Of a stretch of 64,000 nucleotides of DNA, positions 49,381-59,329 are shown in pieces. The notes beneath the pieces were generated by a model that made no database searches, had not been told where the DNA came from, and saw nothing but the letters and a program-made list of their open reading frames with translations. Every line of letters begins with the position of its first letter. Position 1 is the first letter of the stretch. This DNA is from Spirochaetia bacterium (lineage in GTDB: Bacteria; Spirochaetota; Spirochaetia; CAKZLE01), in the NCBI GenBank assembly GCA_963677595.1, contig OY782041.1, positions 512,001 through 576,000 on the forward strand. Direction: 5' to 3'. The translations under genes and the position numbers were made by a program.

Positions 49381-50499
49381 ATGGAGTTTAAATCAGTTTT
49401 TTACCCTACAGAAATGGATTTATATGATGCTTTCATCTCAAATCACCAGAAGGTGACAAATAATTATCTAATAACGTTGCTGAGAGATAAGGGTATTTTG
49501 GTTTCCAATGATTGTTCACGAGAATTCTTAGTAGGTTATGTTTCACAATTAAATTTTGATTACCTCGAATTTAAAAACATTTCAAACTATCTTACACCTA
49601 GCAGTAGATCGGAAAAAACTACTTCAGAAATTATTGAAACTGAAATCAATGATGATGAAATACTACAGGGCTTTGATAATCTAAAAGAAGCAAGAGGGAG
49701 TCATAATGAAAATTATAATATTGTTCTTCTTGAAGGAGCAAACACCACAAGAATAGAAATTTTCTATGAAGAAGTTGATCATTCAAAAACAAGAGTAATC
49801 CAAAAAGTCACTAAAGAAGGATTTATTGATATAGTAAAAACTGATAAAGGAATAAAAATCCGTCATACATCAAATGATAGAGTAGCGAGAATTAAAGATT
49901 CTTTTATTAAACAGATCGCAGAGAACAAGGACGATAAAATTGAACCTATTAGAATTTCATTTAGCGGTATTGCAGATTTAAAATACCAAACCATATTCTT
50001 TACTAGTTTATTGAAATATATAAAAGGATTGACTCCTGAGACTGTTGTCAAAATAAGTCTTAGTAGAGATGATATTACCCCACTTGATTTAGATATTGAC
50101 GATGCAGAAAAAGAGGACCTAGAGGATAATATGCGTCAATGTATTAGAAAAGCAAGATTTGATGGGGAAAGTCTTTTAGAAACAGACATCTACCAAGAGT
50201 TGAAGCAAAAAGGATATTATTTAACATCAATGCGTTGGATTTCTCTTGAGAATCTAAATAACCCGAGGAAATTTGAATTTGAAGCTTCATTTGTGGATAG
50301 AGGATATGCAATTGTTTTTGAATATTCGCTTAAGGGAGTATATAATTTTAAAAAAGAAAAATACACAAACCTAATTACAAAAATACCAGAAGATGAGAAA
50401 AAAAATCTAATATCCAGATTTGAAACTGCAGCAAATCAGGTTTATACTAAAATAATTAACGAAATCAAAGAGTTGAAAAATGACAATAAGAACATATAA
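49381..50499 (+). CDS. GapS4b-like partner protein
   Basis: L..LLRDKGILV...RE.L.....L....EF......EK.TS N-terminus; coupled to the nuclease gene. Confidence 0.5.
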   Translation: MEFKSVFYPTEMDLYDAFISNHQKVTNNYLITLLRDKGILVSNDCSREFLVGYVSQLNFDYLEFKNISNYLTPSSRSEKTTSEIIETEINDDEILQGFDNLKEARGSHNENYNIVLLEGANTTRIEIFYEEVDHSKTRVIQKVTKEGFIDIVKTDKGIKIRHTSNDRVARIKDSFIKQIAENKDDKIEPIRISFSGIADLKYQTIFFTSLLKYIKGLTPETVVKISLSRDDITPLDLDIDDAEKEDLEDNMRQCIRKARFDGESLLETDIYQELKQKGYYLTSMRWISLENLNNPRKFEFEASFVDRGYAIVFEYSLKGVYNFKKEKYTNLITKIPEDEKKNLISRFETAANQVYTKIINEIKELKNDNKNI

Positions 50500-51160
50500 G
50501 ATCAATTATAACTTTGATTTGGATATCCTGTTTAAAGGGATGCAATCCTGCCCATATAATGAAGATGAAAAAAGTGGGTACTTCATTGATAGCTTCATTA
50601 ATAATCAAATTGAAGGACGATTTGTTTTAAAAAGAATCTTCTCCGAAGAATCTATTTCTCCAATAGATGGAGAAATTCAACTTAACGAAATAATTCAATT
50701 TGAGGTTTTTCATTTCAAGATTTTTCATGATAATAAAATACTGATGCTCTATAATTCTCCAAGAAGCACATCAATTTTCTTCACTAGTATTAACTCTCTA
50801 TTCGATTTTTCAATATCAATAGAAAAATGTGATTTGAATCTTTTAAACTTTATTGAAAACGTGAAATTAAAAACTGATATCAATGAAGTTATATATTTAG
50901 AATTATGTAATATCTCATTTTCGAATCTTACAAAGGGAAAGGTCATAATTTCAGGCAATGAAAATGTTATACCATATATTGAAAAAGCAACATTCCATTC
51001 CACAAACTATGAGATAAATCGATTAGGTTTAAAAATAATTTTTAATGACAAACCAATTAGATTAGATATTACAAATACTGGGTCTTATAGGGTTGCTGAT
51101 TCCTATGCCCATTTTGTTCTCCCGAAGATCTCTGAAGCTATACTTGATTATTTTGAATGA
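50480..51160 (+). CDS. Third gene of the candidate defence operon
   Basis: Overlaps the upstream gene; same AT-rich composition. Confidence 0.55.
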   Translation: MTIRTYKINYNFDLDILFKGMQSCPYNEDEKSGYFIDSFINNQIEGRFVLKRIFSEESISPIDGEIQLNEIIQFEVFHFKIFHDNKILMLYNSPRSTSIFFTSINSLFDFSISIEKCDLNLLNFIENVKLKTDINEVIYLELCNISFSNLTKGKVIISGNENVIPYIEKATFHSTNYEINRLGLKIIFNDKPIRLDITNTGSYRVADSYAHFVLPKISEAILDYFE

Positions 51161-51369
51161 TCGTTTTATGTAACCAGTTATGTAGCCAATTGAGTGCTAT
51201 TGACCTATATAATTTGGTATATTTTAATATTGATTAACTTTTTATTTTGTTATATAGTATAAATATATAAAATTTTAAATGAGGCTTCTTGCGGTTCAAC
51301 CCACATTCCTCACTATTTCTCAGCAAAAAACGGGTATTTAATTTCGGGCTAAAATCGGTTTAAAAAGCG

Positions 51370-51732
51370 CTACCCTTCATCGTCCAAGAGGACCAAAATG
51401 GCTTCATACGCATCCTGAGAGAGCTTCTTCATGGCATTCATCGTCTTCTCCAGGGTTCTCCTGTTCTCAATCCATGGTTGGAGGACCTCAGCCTGCTGCT
51501 CTGTGAGCTTCCTGGCTACGGTCTTCCCGCCCTTTTTGGTCGTCCAATAGTAATACGGTCCATGCTTGGCCTCAGTGTCTGTATGACACTTGCACGAGGG
51601 GTTCCCGCAGGTAAGAAACCGTTTGGAGATGGATCCTGACCAGATAAATTCGATCGTGCTCAGTTCCTTGGCGAGTTCCTGCTGTTTGCGGCGAAGTACC
51701 TGAAGGCGCTTCTGTGCCGTCTCGGTGGTCAT
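51370..51732 (-). CDS. DUF6788-like IS accessory protein
   Basis: GSIS.....CGNPSCKC......HGPYYYWT; lies inside the IS ends. Confidence 0.7.
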   Translation of the reverse strand: MTTETAQKRLQVLRRKQQELAKELSTIEFIWSGSISKRFLTCGNPSCKCHTDTEAKHGPYYYWTTKKGGKTVARKLTEQQAEVLQPWIENRRTLEKTMNAMKKLSQDAYEAILVLLDDEG

Positions 51733-51822
51733 GACTTGACTCCTCTCTTGTCCTACTGTATAATACAGTAGGTTCAGTGATCAGTCAAGTCCTGTTTCCA
51801 CGACCGCTACAGGAGGATACCG

Positions 51823-53526
51823 ATGGCCAGTACTCCGCCCCTTTCAACCCTGTTTCAGCATACCAGAATCTATACCCATTCCTACCTGCCCATTGCGGCG
51901 GCCTACTGCCGCATGCTCGGGTTGAGAGACATCGTGGATGCGGCGGTGGAGACCCGTATGCAGCTATCTCCGGGGCTCGTGGTACAGACGATGGTGCTCG
52001 ATGTCCTGCATGGACGGTCGCCGCTGTATCGGATCGAGCAGTTCATCGAGCAGCAGAACCGCAGCCTATTGCTGGGACAGGAGGTAGATCCGCATCTGTT
52101 CAATGACACGAACATAGCTCGGTCCCTGGATGCGATCTTCGATGCCGGCCCATCGAAGATTGTGACCGAACTGGGGATTCGGGCAGCACAGGTCTTCGAT
52201 CTGGATATGCATGCCCTCAGTTACGATACTACCAGTACGAGTGTCTGGGGGGAATACCGGGGGAGTGAGCAGGAAAAGACCCCGGGGCCTTCGATCGTCC
52301 TGGGGCACTCCAAGGATCACCGACCGGATCTCAAGCAGTTCATGACGGAGTTACTGTGCGTGGATCATGGGGTCCCAATCTTCAGCAGTACCCTCAATGG
52401 GAACTCCTCAGACAAGACGTCTAACAATGCGATGCTCACACGGATCAGTACACTGCTCTCCCGACATGGGTTGGGAGATGGGGCCTGTATCTATGTTGCA
52501 GACTCGGCCATGGTGACGCAGGAGAATCTGGAGGCTTTAGGGTCGATGCCATTCATCAGCCGTCTTCCGGCAACCTACGGCGCATGTGACCAGGCAATAA
52601 GGGAAGCGATCGGAGCGGGTCGCTGGAGTCCCATAGGCATGATGGCTGAAACACCAACAGGGAAGAACCGGCCTCCTGCGATCTATAAGGGGTGCGAGAC
52701 GACGGTAACGTTGTATGAAAAGCCCTATCGCGGGGTCGTGATACATTCGAGTTCCCATGATAAGCGAAGGCAGAAGAAGATTGACAAAGCGATTGAGCAA
52801 TCGTTGAAGGAGCTGAACGGGAAATTGAAGAAAGTTCAGCGACAGTATTACTGCAGCGAAGATGCGCAGGTTGCTGCTGCCAACCTCGCTGCGGTCTCTT
52901 CCCCGCTGCACTCGTTAACGGTTACGATCCAAGAAGTGGCGGTTCGGCGTCGTGGACGTCCCCCGAAGGAGGGTCCGCCGCCTGTAGATCTGCGGTATGA
53001 GTTGAACTGGGAGATCACCGAAAAGTCGGACAAGCTGCAGGTGCTCAGAGAGCAGGCAGGATGTTTTGTGCTGCTTACCAATGTTGCTGTTGCATCGCTT
53101 GATGCCGCATCGGTACTGCGTACGTACAAAGGCCAGTATGGGATCGAGAGTGATTTTTCATTCCTCAAGGATCCCCTGGTAGTCAATGACCTGTTTCTGA
53201 AAACCCCTTCCCGCATAGATGCATTGGGGATGATTCTCGTGATCGCCCTGATGGTCTGGCGGTTGATGGAGCGGCAGATGCGGCGGTATCTCCAGAAGGA
53301 AGGTACTACGGTACCAGGCTGGGACAACAAACCGACGGCAAAGCCGACTTCATTCATGATGAGTACCGTGTTTGGCGGTATCATGGCGGCAGAGATGGGA
53401 GCAGAAGCGGTGCTGGTAAATCCGCTCTCTTCCCGTCAGTTGGCCTTCCTGTCTGCATTGGGTCTTGATGAACGCGTATTCTACGACAAGGGGGTGAGGT
53501 GTGTCCTGACCTCTCTGCATGCATGA
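51823..53526 (+). CDS. IS1634-family DDE transposase
   Basis: YDTTS, GHSKDHRPDLKQ, VADSA and YK.QY.IE..F.FLK.P. Confidence 0.9.
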   Translation: MASTPPLSTLFQHTRIYTHSYLPIAAAYCRMLGLRDIVDAAVETRMQLSPGLVVQTMVLDVLHGRSPLYRIEQFIEQQNRSLLLGQEVDPHLFNDTNIARSLDAIFDAGPSKIVTELGIRAAQVFDLDMHALSYDTTSTSVWGEYRGSEQEKTPGPSIVLGHSKDHRPDLKQFMTELLCVDHGVPIFSSTLNGNSSDKTSNNAMLTRISTLLSRHGLGDGACIYVADSAMVTQENLEALGSMPFISRLPATYGACDQAIREAIGAGRWSPIGMMAETPTGKNRPPAIYKGCETTVTLYEKPYRGVVIHSSSHDKRRQKKIDKAIEQSLKELNGKLKKVQRQYYCSEDAQVAAANLAAVSSPLHSLTVTIQEVAVRRRGRPPKEGPPPVDLRYELNWEITEKSDKLQVLREQAGCFVLLTNVAVASLDAASVLRTYKGQYGIESDFSFLKDPLVVNDLFLKTPSRIDALGMILVIALMVWRLMERQMRRYLQKEGTTVPGWDNKPTAKPTSFMMSTVFGGIMAAEMGAEAVLVNPLSSRQLAFLSALGLDERVFYDKGVRCVLTSLHA

Positions 53527-53747
53527 ACTTCGTAGGTGTACCTGCGTCTGATCCTCAGAACCTATGAGAAGGCTGGTTACTGTCCTGATCATCAGCATGT
53601 CTGTTCAGACGGGGTAGCAACCAGGCGGATTTGCCGATTTTTATGCCGTGTGGAGGATCGGTAAGGATGAATAGCCCTTCGTAGTCTCAATCCTTTCCTG
53701 AAATGGAAAATCCTGCTATGTGTGCGTCATGAAAGTGAGGAATGTGG

Positions 53748-53769
53748 GGTTCAACTCCCCTTACCTCCA
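53748..53769 (+). repeat. attR core
   Basis: Copy of the tRNA-Ala 3' end. Confidence 0.9.
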
Positions 53770-53774
53770 CAAAG

Positions 53775-53800
53775 GAAGCCGCTGCATCTGCAGCGGCTTC
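53775..53800 (+). terminator. Displaced tRNA-Ala terminator
   Basis: GAAGCCGCTGCA-TC-TGCAGCGGCTTC followed by a pyrimidine tract, directly after attR. Confidence 0.75.
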
Positions 53801-53808
53801 TCTCTTGG

Positions 53809-53844
53809 TTGACATGTTACGATTTTATGATAAAATAGTAACAT
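53809..53844 (+). promoter_or_regulatory. abiE promoter with an autorepression inverted repeat
   Basis: TTGACA-16-TAAAAT overlapped by ATGTTACGATTTTAT-G-ATAAAATAGTAACAT. Confidence 0.7.
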
Positions 53845-54495
53845 ATGAAGCAAGAGAAACCGCTCTCAAAAACTCAACAAATCCGGAATCAGATACTACG
53901 GCTGGAGAAAGGAACCATCTTTTTATCGGATATTATTGATCTAAGCGATAGATCTGTGCTTCGAGTGATTCTATCACGCATCATTGCTGAAGGATTGATT
54001 GAGCGGCTTGGGCCCGGAATCTATCTATACCCGAGATATTCAGCATTACTGCAAAGAAATGTAACACCATCTCTAGAGGAAATCGCACAAGCCATTGCAC
54101 TGAAAGAACACTCAAGGATTGTACCTTCCGGTTCGTATTCAATGTACAAACTCGGATTTACAACACAGGTTCCCACGAAAGCTGTGTTCCTTACTGATGG
54201 CTCACCTAGAAAGATCACATTGGTCGATGGCAGAACAATCTTATTTAAATCAACGACGGCAAAGAACCTTGCTTTCAAAAATCCCCTTATGCAGTTATTG
54301 GTCTCAAGTCTCAAAATGATGAGATCAACCAATATCTCACCTGAGCAGTTAGTAAAGATTCGTTCTTTACTCACACATATACCTGATAAGGATTTTCAAT
54401 CTGATATCAAGCTGGCACCGGAAAGGATCCAAAAACTATTGATCCAACACAGGGAGGATACCCATGTTGCTCTGCAACCTATCGAAACAGGATAG
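53845..54495 (+). CDS. AbiEi-type antitoxin (DUF6088-like)
   Basis: LSR....G.IERLG.GIY, LGFTTQVP and FLTDGSPR. Confidence 0.85.
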   Translation: MKQEKPLSKTQQIRNQILRLEKGTIFLSDIIDLSDRSVLRVILSRIIAEGLIERLGPGIYLYPRYSALLQRNVTPSLEEIAQAIALKEHSRIVPSGSYSMYKLGFTTQVPTKAVFLTDGSPRKITLVDGRTILFKSTTAKNLAFKNPLMQLLVSSLKMMRSTNISPEQLVKIRSLLTHIPDKDFQSDIKLAPERIQKLLIQHREDTHVALQPIETG

Positions 54496-55492
54496 AATAG
54501 ATATTTTCAATGAAGCTGAAACACAAATGTTTATCGTTAGTAAAGCTATAGAGAAGGACTGGTGGGTATGCATTATATTGAAAGCCTTATTTTCAACTAA
54601 ATTTTATGATTATCTTGTTTTCAAGGGAGGTACTTCGCTTAGCAAAGGCTGGCACCTTATTGAGAGGTTCTCTGAGGATATCGATATTTCCATCCAAAGG
54701 GAATATCTTGGATTTGGGAACACTCTATCAAAAACACAAATCAGCAACAGATTACGTCGTGCTTCATGCTCTTTCGTAAGAACAGATCTGAAAAATGCTG
54801 TATCAGATGAGCTTTTAAAACTCGGAGTACCGGCAGCCCAATTCAACATCTCTGTGGAAAAAACAGCAGTGACCACTGTTGACCCGGAAAGAATCTTTGT
54901 CGAATATGAAAGTGTCTTTGATGATCCAGTGAATACCTATATTCACCCAAGCGTGATCATTGAAGCTGGGGCTAGAAGCATCTATGAACCCGCATCAAGA
55001 AGAACGATCAAGTCATTCATCTCGGAGTTATTCCCCAATCAGCCTTTCTCAGATACAGGAGTTGTTGTACATATTGCTCCTGCAGAAAGAACCTTTCTTG
55101 AAAAAGCATTTCTTCTTCATGAAGAATTCCATAAGCCAGAAGAATGCATTCGATCTGAACGAATGAGTCGCCATCTCTATGATCTGGAAAGGATGATGGA
55201 CACTCCTATATCGAAGGTTATAGGAAACACAACGATGTACCATGAAATAGTGGATCATCGAAAAAGGTATTTTGGCCTTAAAGGATTTAACTATGATACA
55301 TTGGACTATGGGTCCATAGATTTCGTCCCTCCTGAGACTGTTGCCAAGGTATGGAAACAGGACTATCAGGCTATGCGTGAATCAATCATTTATGGGCCTT
55401 CACTAACATATGAAAGCTTGATTGCACGTATTCAAGAATTGAATCGTATATTCCACCATCATGCTACAGATAGCACATCGAAATTTCCTTAA
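54464..55492 (+). CDS. AbiEii nucleotidyltransferase toxin
   Basis: IEKDWW, FKGGTSLSK, RFSEDID and SRHLYD. Confidence 0.9.
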   Translation: MLLCNLSKQDRIDIFNEAETQMFIVSKAIEKDWWVCIILKALFSTKFYDYLVFKGGTSLSKGWHLIERFSEDIDISIQREYLGFGNTLSKTQISNRLRRASCSFVRTDLKNAVSDELLKLGVPAAQFNISVEKTAVTTVDPERIFVEYESVFDDPVNTYIHPSVIIEAGARSIYEPASRRTIKSFISELFPNQPFSDTGVVVHIAPAERTFLEKAFLLHEEFHKPEECIRSERMSRHLYDLERMMDTPISKVIGNTTMYHEIVDHRKRYFGLKGFNYDTLDYGSIDFVPPETVAKVWKQDYQAMRESIIYGPSLTYESLIARIQELNRIFHHHATDSTSKFP

Positions 55493-55578
55493 CGCAAAGT
55501 ATTCTACAGGATGATCGACTACCGCATCCTGAACGGTATGCAGTATGCAGCTGGCACTGCATACTGCTCTCGGGAGAT

Positions 55579-56232
55579 TTATGCATCCAAAGGTTTATGG
55601 CAGAACCACCAGTCAAATCCCTCATACTCATCAAGCCGCTTCTCAGCAGCAGCCTGACTGTTTGCCGGCGGGATGATGACCCGGTCACCGATGAGTTCGT
55701 TCTCTGGCCATCCCGCAGGTATTGCTACTTTGTTGTTATCGGCTATCTGCAGGGCTTTCACCGCCCTGACGATCTCGTCCATGTTCCTGCCGATCTCCTG
55801 GGGATAGTAGAGGACCAGCCGTACCGCTCCCTTCGGGTCCACGACGAATACCGCCCGGACTGTGTTAGAACCCTTCCCCGGATGGAGGAGCCCGAGTGAG
55901 TTGGCAATCGCATCATTCGCTGCGACGATCGGGAAGGTGATCTCGACTCCCAGAGATTCCTTGATCCACTGGACCCACTTGATATGGCTGAAGACCTGGT
56001 CTACCGAGAGGCCAACCAGCTTGACGCCGAGAGCATCGAACTGCTCCACCCGCTTCTGGAAGGCCACGAACTCCGTGGTACATACCGGGGTGAAATCAGC
56101 CGGATGGCTGAAGAGGACGAACCATGACCCGTTCATATCATCGGGCAGGATCATCGGACCATGGGTGGTGTTGACTTTCAGCTGGGGAAACGCGTCTCCG
56201 AGGAGAGGCATATTGATTGACTCATTGTTCAT
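55579..56232 (-). CDS. Peroxiredoxin (Prx6 type)
   Basis: [14 protein letters not shown] and DWWFC. Confidence 0.93.
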   Translation of the reverse strand: MNNESINMPLLGDAFPQLKVNTTHGPMILPDDMNGSWFVLFSHPADFTPVCTTEFVAFQKRVEQFDALGVKLVGLSVDQVFSHIKWVQWIKESLGVEITFPIVAANDAIANSLGLLHPGKGSNTVRAVFVVDPKGAVRLVLYYPQEIGRNMDEIVRAVKALQIADNNKVAIPAGWPENELIGDRVIIPPANSQAAAEKRLDEYEGFDWWFCHKPLDA

Positions 56233-56265
56233 ACTAAGAATCCTCCTGTTTTGTTTATGGCTTAA

Positions 56266-56280
56266 TGATAATAATTATCA
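56266..56280. promoter_or_regulatory. Fur/PerR-type 7-1-7 box
   Basis: TGATAAT-A-ATTATCA upstream of the peroxiredoxin gene. Confidence 0.75.
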
Positions 56281-56497
56281 TATTTAATGTCAATATATTT
56301 TTGTAATAATTATAAATCTTAATTTATATTAACCACTAGGTAGGAATCATTCATAGATACGCGACGGTACAGGGATGAGAGTCGGTTATAGAGTTTGCCG
56401 TATTGGGACAGCCTGAGGTCCAGGCCTTCAGGAGATGAGAGAGCAGGAACACCGCTCTATTGAAGATATTCCCCAGTATATCTTCAGGTGATGCATG

Positions 56498-56698
56498 CTA
56501 AATGAAACCTTCGTCTAATGCTAAATCATACTCATCGGGATAATCTTCGAGATCATCAACAAAGATATCATATACCTCATAATACTGATAATCATCGTCA
56601 TCACTATATAACTTCATATAGTTGTTTGCAGCAGCTTTTGAAAGAAAACAGCCGATGGGGCTTACCCCGTCGGTTACGAACCATAACTTATCTTTCAT
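56498..56698 (-). CDS. Small acidic hypothetical protein
   Basis: GGAG RBS; Asp/Tyr-rich 66-aa ORF. Confidence 0.55.
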   Translation of the reverse strand: MKDKLWFVTDGVSPIGCFLSKAAANNYMKLYSDDDDYQYYEVYDIFVDDLEDYPDEYDLALDEGFI

Positions 56699-56988
56699 TC
56701 CATACTCCGTACATGTCAGAAAATTGAGTTCTTCAGGCTGGGGAACGGGTATAGGACGGACCTATGGTTCACGACTTATACCTCCTAGAATAGCTCAAAT
56801 CCTTTCCAAGTAAGATATAAGCAGACACCGTTAGCGTGCAGGGTCCGTTTGTCTGCCAAGATTTATAAAAATCTAGGTTCAATATAATCGATTTTGCTGT
56901 TTTGTCAATTCTTTTATAGAGAGACAGGGCCTCCTTTTTCCCGGGAGAGAGAGTGTGTTCCAGCCGGGAGCAGGAAGCCCTGTCAGGA

Positions 56989-57621
56989 TTACCTACCGAT
57001 ACTGCAGACATCCCTGGGACAGGGATCGATGCACTGGTAGCACTGCAGGCATTCGTGTCCAAGGTTGTAGCGCTTGCCGTCCTCCCTGGTCTGGATCGAC
57101 CCTGCAGGGCACTTCTTCTGGCAGATCCCGCAGCTGATGCAGCCCGATTCATCGATCTTCATCGAGACTCCTGCCTTCCTGGAGGTCAGGCTCAGGATCG
57201 TGCCGAAGGGACAGAGCCGCCGGTGCCAGAACTCCTCCTCGAAGATGAGTGTGACGAGGATGGAGAAACCGACGATGTAGAGCAGGATGTTCACCTTGAT
57301 ATGAAGCATCCTGGTCGCGACCATGGCGGCGATGAAGAGGATGAGAAGGATATACCTCACGGCAGGATGCGAGAGTACCTTCGGGGAAGGCAGCCGCTTG
57401 ATCTTCAGCTTCCGGTAGATCCAGTCGATGGGACGGAATAGCGTGTTCATCGGGCAGACCCAGCCGCAGTAGTAGCGGCCGATGAAGATCGATAGGATGA
57501 CCCCCGCAGCGAAGATGACGAACCAGAGTTGGAGCTTGTGGTTCACCGTCAAGGCAATGAACAGGATAAGTGCGGCGATCTCAATGACCCACCTGATGAT
57601 ATACAGCCTGTTTCTCTTCAT
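56989..57621 (-). CDS. Membrane 4Fe-4S binding protein
   Basis: GRYYCGWVCP, LCPFG, CISCGICQKKCP and CLQCYQCIDPCP. Confidence 0.88.
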   Translation of the reverse strand: MKRNRLYIIRWVIEIAALILFIALTVNHKLQLWFVIFAAGVILSIFIGRYYCGWVCPMNTLFRPIDWIYRKLKIKRLPSPKVLSHPAVRYILLILFIAAMVATRMLHIKVNILLYIVGFSILVTLIFEEEFWHRRLCPFGTILSLTSRKAGVSMKIDESGCISCGICQKKCPAGSIQTREDGKRYNLGHECLQCYQCIDPCPRDVCSIGR

Positions 57622-57714
57622 ACGATCCCCCTGTGCGTGATGCTGTATCAAGCATACGGCTTAGGGTCACTGCCGTCCGTGATTGTGATCACACACTAAG
57701 GGATTAACAGAAGA

Positions 57715-58551
57715 TCAACCAGGTGTCTCGGCATCTGCTGCCATGGGAACAGGGTAATGGACCGTGACCTGCGGGAAGGGGATCTCGACCCCCTGTTCAC
57801 GGAATCGCTCATGGATATCGATCATGATGGAGTTCCGGGTCTCGATATACTGGGTCTTATCGAACCAGACACCGAACTTGACGGTGATGCCGGAGTCCCC
57901 GAAAGCGTTGACCATCCTGAAGGGTGCCGGCTCGTTGAGACAGAAAGGATTGTCCCTCCCGATAGCCTGCAGGATCGCGAGGACCTGTTCCAGGTCGGAG
58001 CGGTAGGCTACCGACAGGAGGATATCCATCCTCCTGATGGGAAACCGCGTGATATTGATGATATCGGTGGAGATCATCGTCTCATTGGGGATCCTGATGA
58101 GCAGGTTGTCGAAGGTCCTGAGCATGACCGAGAGCAGCTCGACCGAGCTGACCACCCCGGTCTTGTCCCCTACGGTGATGACATCCCCGATCTCGAAACT
58201 CTTCTCGGTGATGATGAAGAACCCGCTTATGATGTTACCCAGGCTCTTCTGGGAGGCGACACCGAGGGCGATACCGAGGATACCCGCAGCTCCCAGGAGG
58301 GCAGTGAGGCTGATCCCCAGTTCGGAGAGGACGATCACGATCAGGATGAGGAACCCGGCATAGTTGATGAGCTTCATCCCGATCATGCGTGTCTGCCGTT
58401 TCGCCCTACTGAAGACGGACTTGGTGAGCAGGAGCTTGATCAGCCGCAGCAGCAGGAACCCGACGAGGAGGATGATGACGACCTTGATGATCTGCTGGTA
58501 CTGGATCGAGGCGAAGAACTTCGTGATCGACTCTTTACTGAATATATCCAT
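57715..58551 (-). CDS. MscS small mechanosensitive channel
   Basis: GAAGILGIALG.ASQ..L.N, FEIGD, IPNE and GVEIPFPQ. Confidence 0.92.
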   Translation of the reverse strand: MDIFSKESITKFFASIQYQQIIKVVIILLVGFLLLRLIKLLLTKSVFSRAKRQTRMIGMKLINYAGFLILIVIVLSELGISLTALLGAAGILGIALGVASQKSLGNIISGFFIITEKSFEIGDVITVGDKTGVVSSVELLSVMLRTFDNLLIRIPNETMISTDIINITRFPIRRMDILLSVAYRSDLEQVLAILQAIGRDNPFCLNEPAPFRMVNAFGDSGITVKFGVWFDKTQYIETRNSIMIDIHERFREQGVEIPFPQVTVHYPVPMAADAETPG

Positions 58552-58554
58552 AGC

Positions 58555-59298
58555 CTACCCTGAATAGAGATTCTTGATATAGTAGAAGCTCCGCTTGAGG
58601 ATACTCTGCGGTTCTGCCTTCTTCGAGAGCGAAACGAGTTTGAGCTCGTTCTCGGGGTCAGCGGGAGACTTCCGGTAGACGACTTGGCTGACCTGGTCCT
58701 GCCCCTTGAAGGTGATGTGGACGGGGCTGGCGATGAGCACCGTGGGGCTGTGGAAGATCGAGAGATTCGCCGTCCTGAAGACCAGTCGGTCGAACGCGAG
58801 ACTCGCGGATGACTTGTTGATGACCACGAGCGGGCAGTACACACTTATATGGGGTCTCTCGTAGTCGGAGATCCTCGGGAATACCCGGCTCTCCATGTGG
58901 TAGGCGAACTCCCCCTTCTCGGGACCGTCGACATAGCATCGGGAGATGTCCGAAGGACGGTACTCGAAGAGCAGTGTCTTCTTCTGCTCTGGACCGAAAA
59001 GGAACTTGATGGAGAACGGGATCTCGAGGAAGGCATTGAACTTCATGGCTGGGAGGATCGTGATGGTATCGACCGGCTTGATGAGGATCGGCAGGTCAGG
59101 CAGCCCCGGCTCCATATAGACCGGGGTATCAGAGCCGATGACGAAACGGTGAGCCTCCTCATTCCCGTTCACGGAGATCCTGATGAGGATCTCCCGGCTG
59201 TTCTTCACCACCTCGAGGGTATGGCCTTCTGCCAGTTCGAATGAGAACAGCGTATCAGTGAACTGTATCTCCCCCCAGGGGATCCTCTCTTCCTGCAC
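58555..59298 (-). CDS. DUF432-like protein
   Basis: PDLPILIKP and GP.KGEFAY; sits next to mscS. Confidence 0.55.
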   Translation of the reverse strand: MQEERIPWGEIQFTDTLFSFELAEGHTLEVVKNSREILIRISVNGNEEAHRFVIGSDTPVYMEPGLPDLPILIKPVDTITILPAMKFNAFLEIPFSIKFLFGPEQKKTLLFEYRPSDISRCYVDGPEKGEFAYHMESRVFPRISDYERPHISVYCPLVVINKSSASLAFDRLVFRTANLSIFHSPTVLIASPVHITFKGQDQVSQVVYRKSPADPENELKLVSLSKKAEPQSILKRSFYYIKNLYSG

Positions 59299-59329
59299 AT
59301 GGACCTCACATCATTCGTCTTACTGACAG

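Larger units (their letters stand above)
51300..53748 (+). mobile_element. IS1634-family insertion sequence inserted in attR
   Basis: Perfect 15-bp terminal IRs CCCACATTCCTCACT (51300-51314, 53734-53748); GTTCAA target duplication at 51294-51299 and 53749-53754. Confidence 0.9.
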
